NCBI GenBank assembly: GCA_036229005.1
Contig: JAZAMN010000031.1
Location: forward strand, 192,001-256,000
Length of the DNA stretch: 64,000 nucleotides
Direction of reading: 5' to 3'
Origin: Myxococcota bacterium
GTDB lineage: Bacteria; Myxococcota_A; UBA796; CAJQPC01
Shown: one piece after another, positions 63,260-64,000 of the stretch
How positions within the stretch are numbered: position 1 is the stretch's first letter
Layout: each line of letters begins with the position of its first letter
Notes under the pieces: model-generated
Told to the model about the DNA's origin: nothing
Database searches by the model: none
Seen by the model: only the letters and a program-made list of their open reading frames with translations
Translations under genes and position numbers: made by a program

Positions 63260-64000
63260 ATGAAGCTGTTGATCCTGATGTCCGTGAGCGCCAGCGCAAA
63301 GGACTGGACCACCCTTCCACCCGGCACCGCATCCCCCCGCGTGCTGCTCCGTGAGGCCCAGAAGGCCCACCCGCCCCAGGAAGGCGAGGACGAGGACGAG
63401 GCCATGGAGGGCCGCGACTACGTCCACATCCTCTACGAAGGCAGCTACGTCGAGTTTGACGACCAGGGCCGCCAGACCCTCACCTTCCACCGCGTCTACG
63501 AGCTGGCCTCTCAGGACGCCGTGGCCTCCTGGGGCCGCACCGAGGCCGGCTGGTCCCCCTGGTTCCAGGACCGCCCCCAGATCAACGCGCGGGTGATCGC
63601 CCCCAACGGGAAGGTCTTCACCCTGGACCCCGAGACCCTCACCGAGGCCGGCGCGCAGACCGGCGACCTGCTCCTCTACACCGAAGACAAGCTCATCGAG
63701 GGCCCCCTCCCCGGCGTGGACCGTGGGGCCGTGGTCGAGGAGTGGATCACCTGGACCGAGCACCGGCCCTTCATGGAGTCCGGGGTCATGGGGCGCACCT
63801 ACCTCAGCTCCCAGCTCCCCATCGACAAGGTGCGGCTCACCCTGAGCGCCCCCGAAGACCAGGCCTTCAACTGGAAGCCCGAGCTGCTGGAGGGCGTCGA
63901 GGTCATCGAGCGCCGCGACGGCACCCTGGAGTTCGTGTTCGAGGACGTCGAGCCCTACGAGGACTACGAGCCCGGACAGCCCCTGGACCAACCGCTGGCG
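63260..64000 (+). CDS. DUF3857/transglutaminase-associated secreted protein, runs off the window edge
   Basis: Manual translation MKLLILMSVSASA...HRVYEL...WSPWFQDRPQINARVIAPNG...LPGVDRGAVVEE. Confidence 0.7.
   Translation, partial: MKLLILMSVSASAKDWTTLPPGTASPRVLLREAQKAHPPQEGEDEDEAMEGRDYVHILYEGSYVEFDDQGRQTLTFHRVYELASQDAVASWGRTEAGWSPWFQDRPQINARVIAPNGKVFTLDPETLTEAGAQTGDLLLYTEDKLIEGPLPGVDRGAVVEEWITWTEHRPFMESGVMGRTYLSSQLPIDKVRLTLSAPEDQAFNWKPELLEGVEVIERRDGTLEFVFEDVEPYEDYEPGQPLDQPLA

Noticed and set aside
62747..63991. 414-aa extended glyoxalase ORF
   Set aside because: GloA homology begins at 63172; the extension is mostly antisense to the DUF3857-like gene.

Overview
Gene-dense, very GC-rich bacterial window with about 52 CDS and one tRNA-Arg(CCT). 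The lineage is inferred to be Myxococcota/deltaproteobacteria-like, from its Cys-rich MopE-like/DUF4215 repeats, FG-GAP lipoproteins and a Hanks kinase. Recognisable genes include asnS, metH with an ArsR-methyltransferase (SahR-type) regulator, rfbF/rfbG-like genes, gloA, a ParA-family ATPase, ComEC-type MBL and ComEA-like genes, a B12 radical SAM enzyme and a CASTOR/POLLUX-like channel. The rest is mostly acidic, probably Ca-binding surface proteins. I found no CRISPR array, integrase, transposase or phage genes. The best candidates for undescribed biology are: (1) many lipoproteins with ultrashort, uncharged signal peptides (Cys at residue 8-12); (2) a five-gene operon with an SBP-OmpA fusion, an ABC transporter and two coiled-coil proteins; (3) a mirror-symmetric divergent module of anchor protein plus GT-C-like membrane protein; (4) a stand-alone CurM-like sulfotransferase fused to a DUF1214-like region; (5) a family of surface proteins with a conserved stalk and variable head; (6) a 1058-aa membrane protein paired with a phosphodiester glycosidase. 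All family calls come from motif recognition by eye; no database searches were run.
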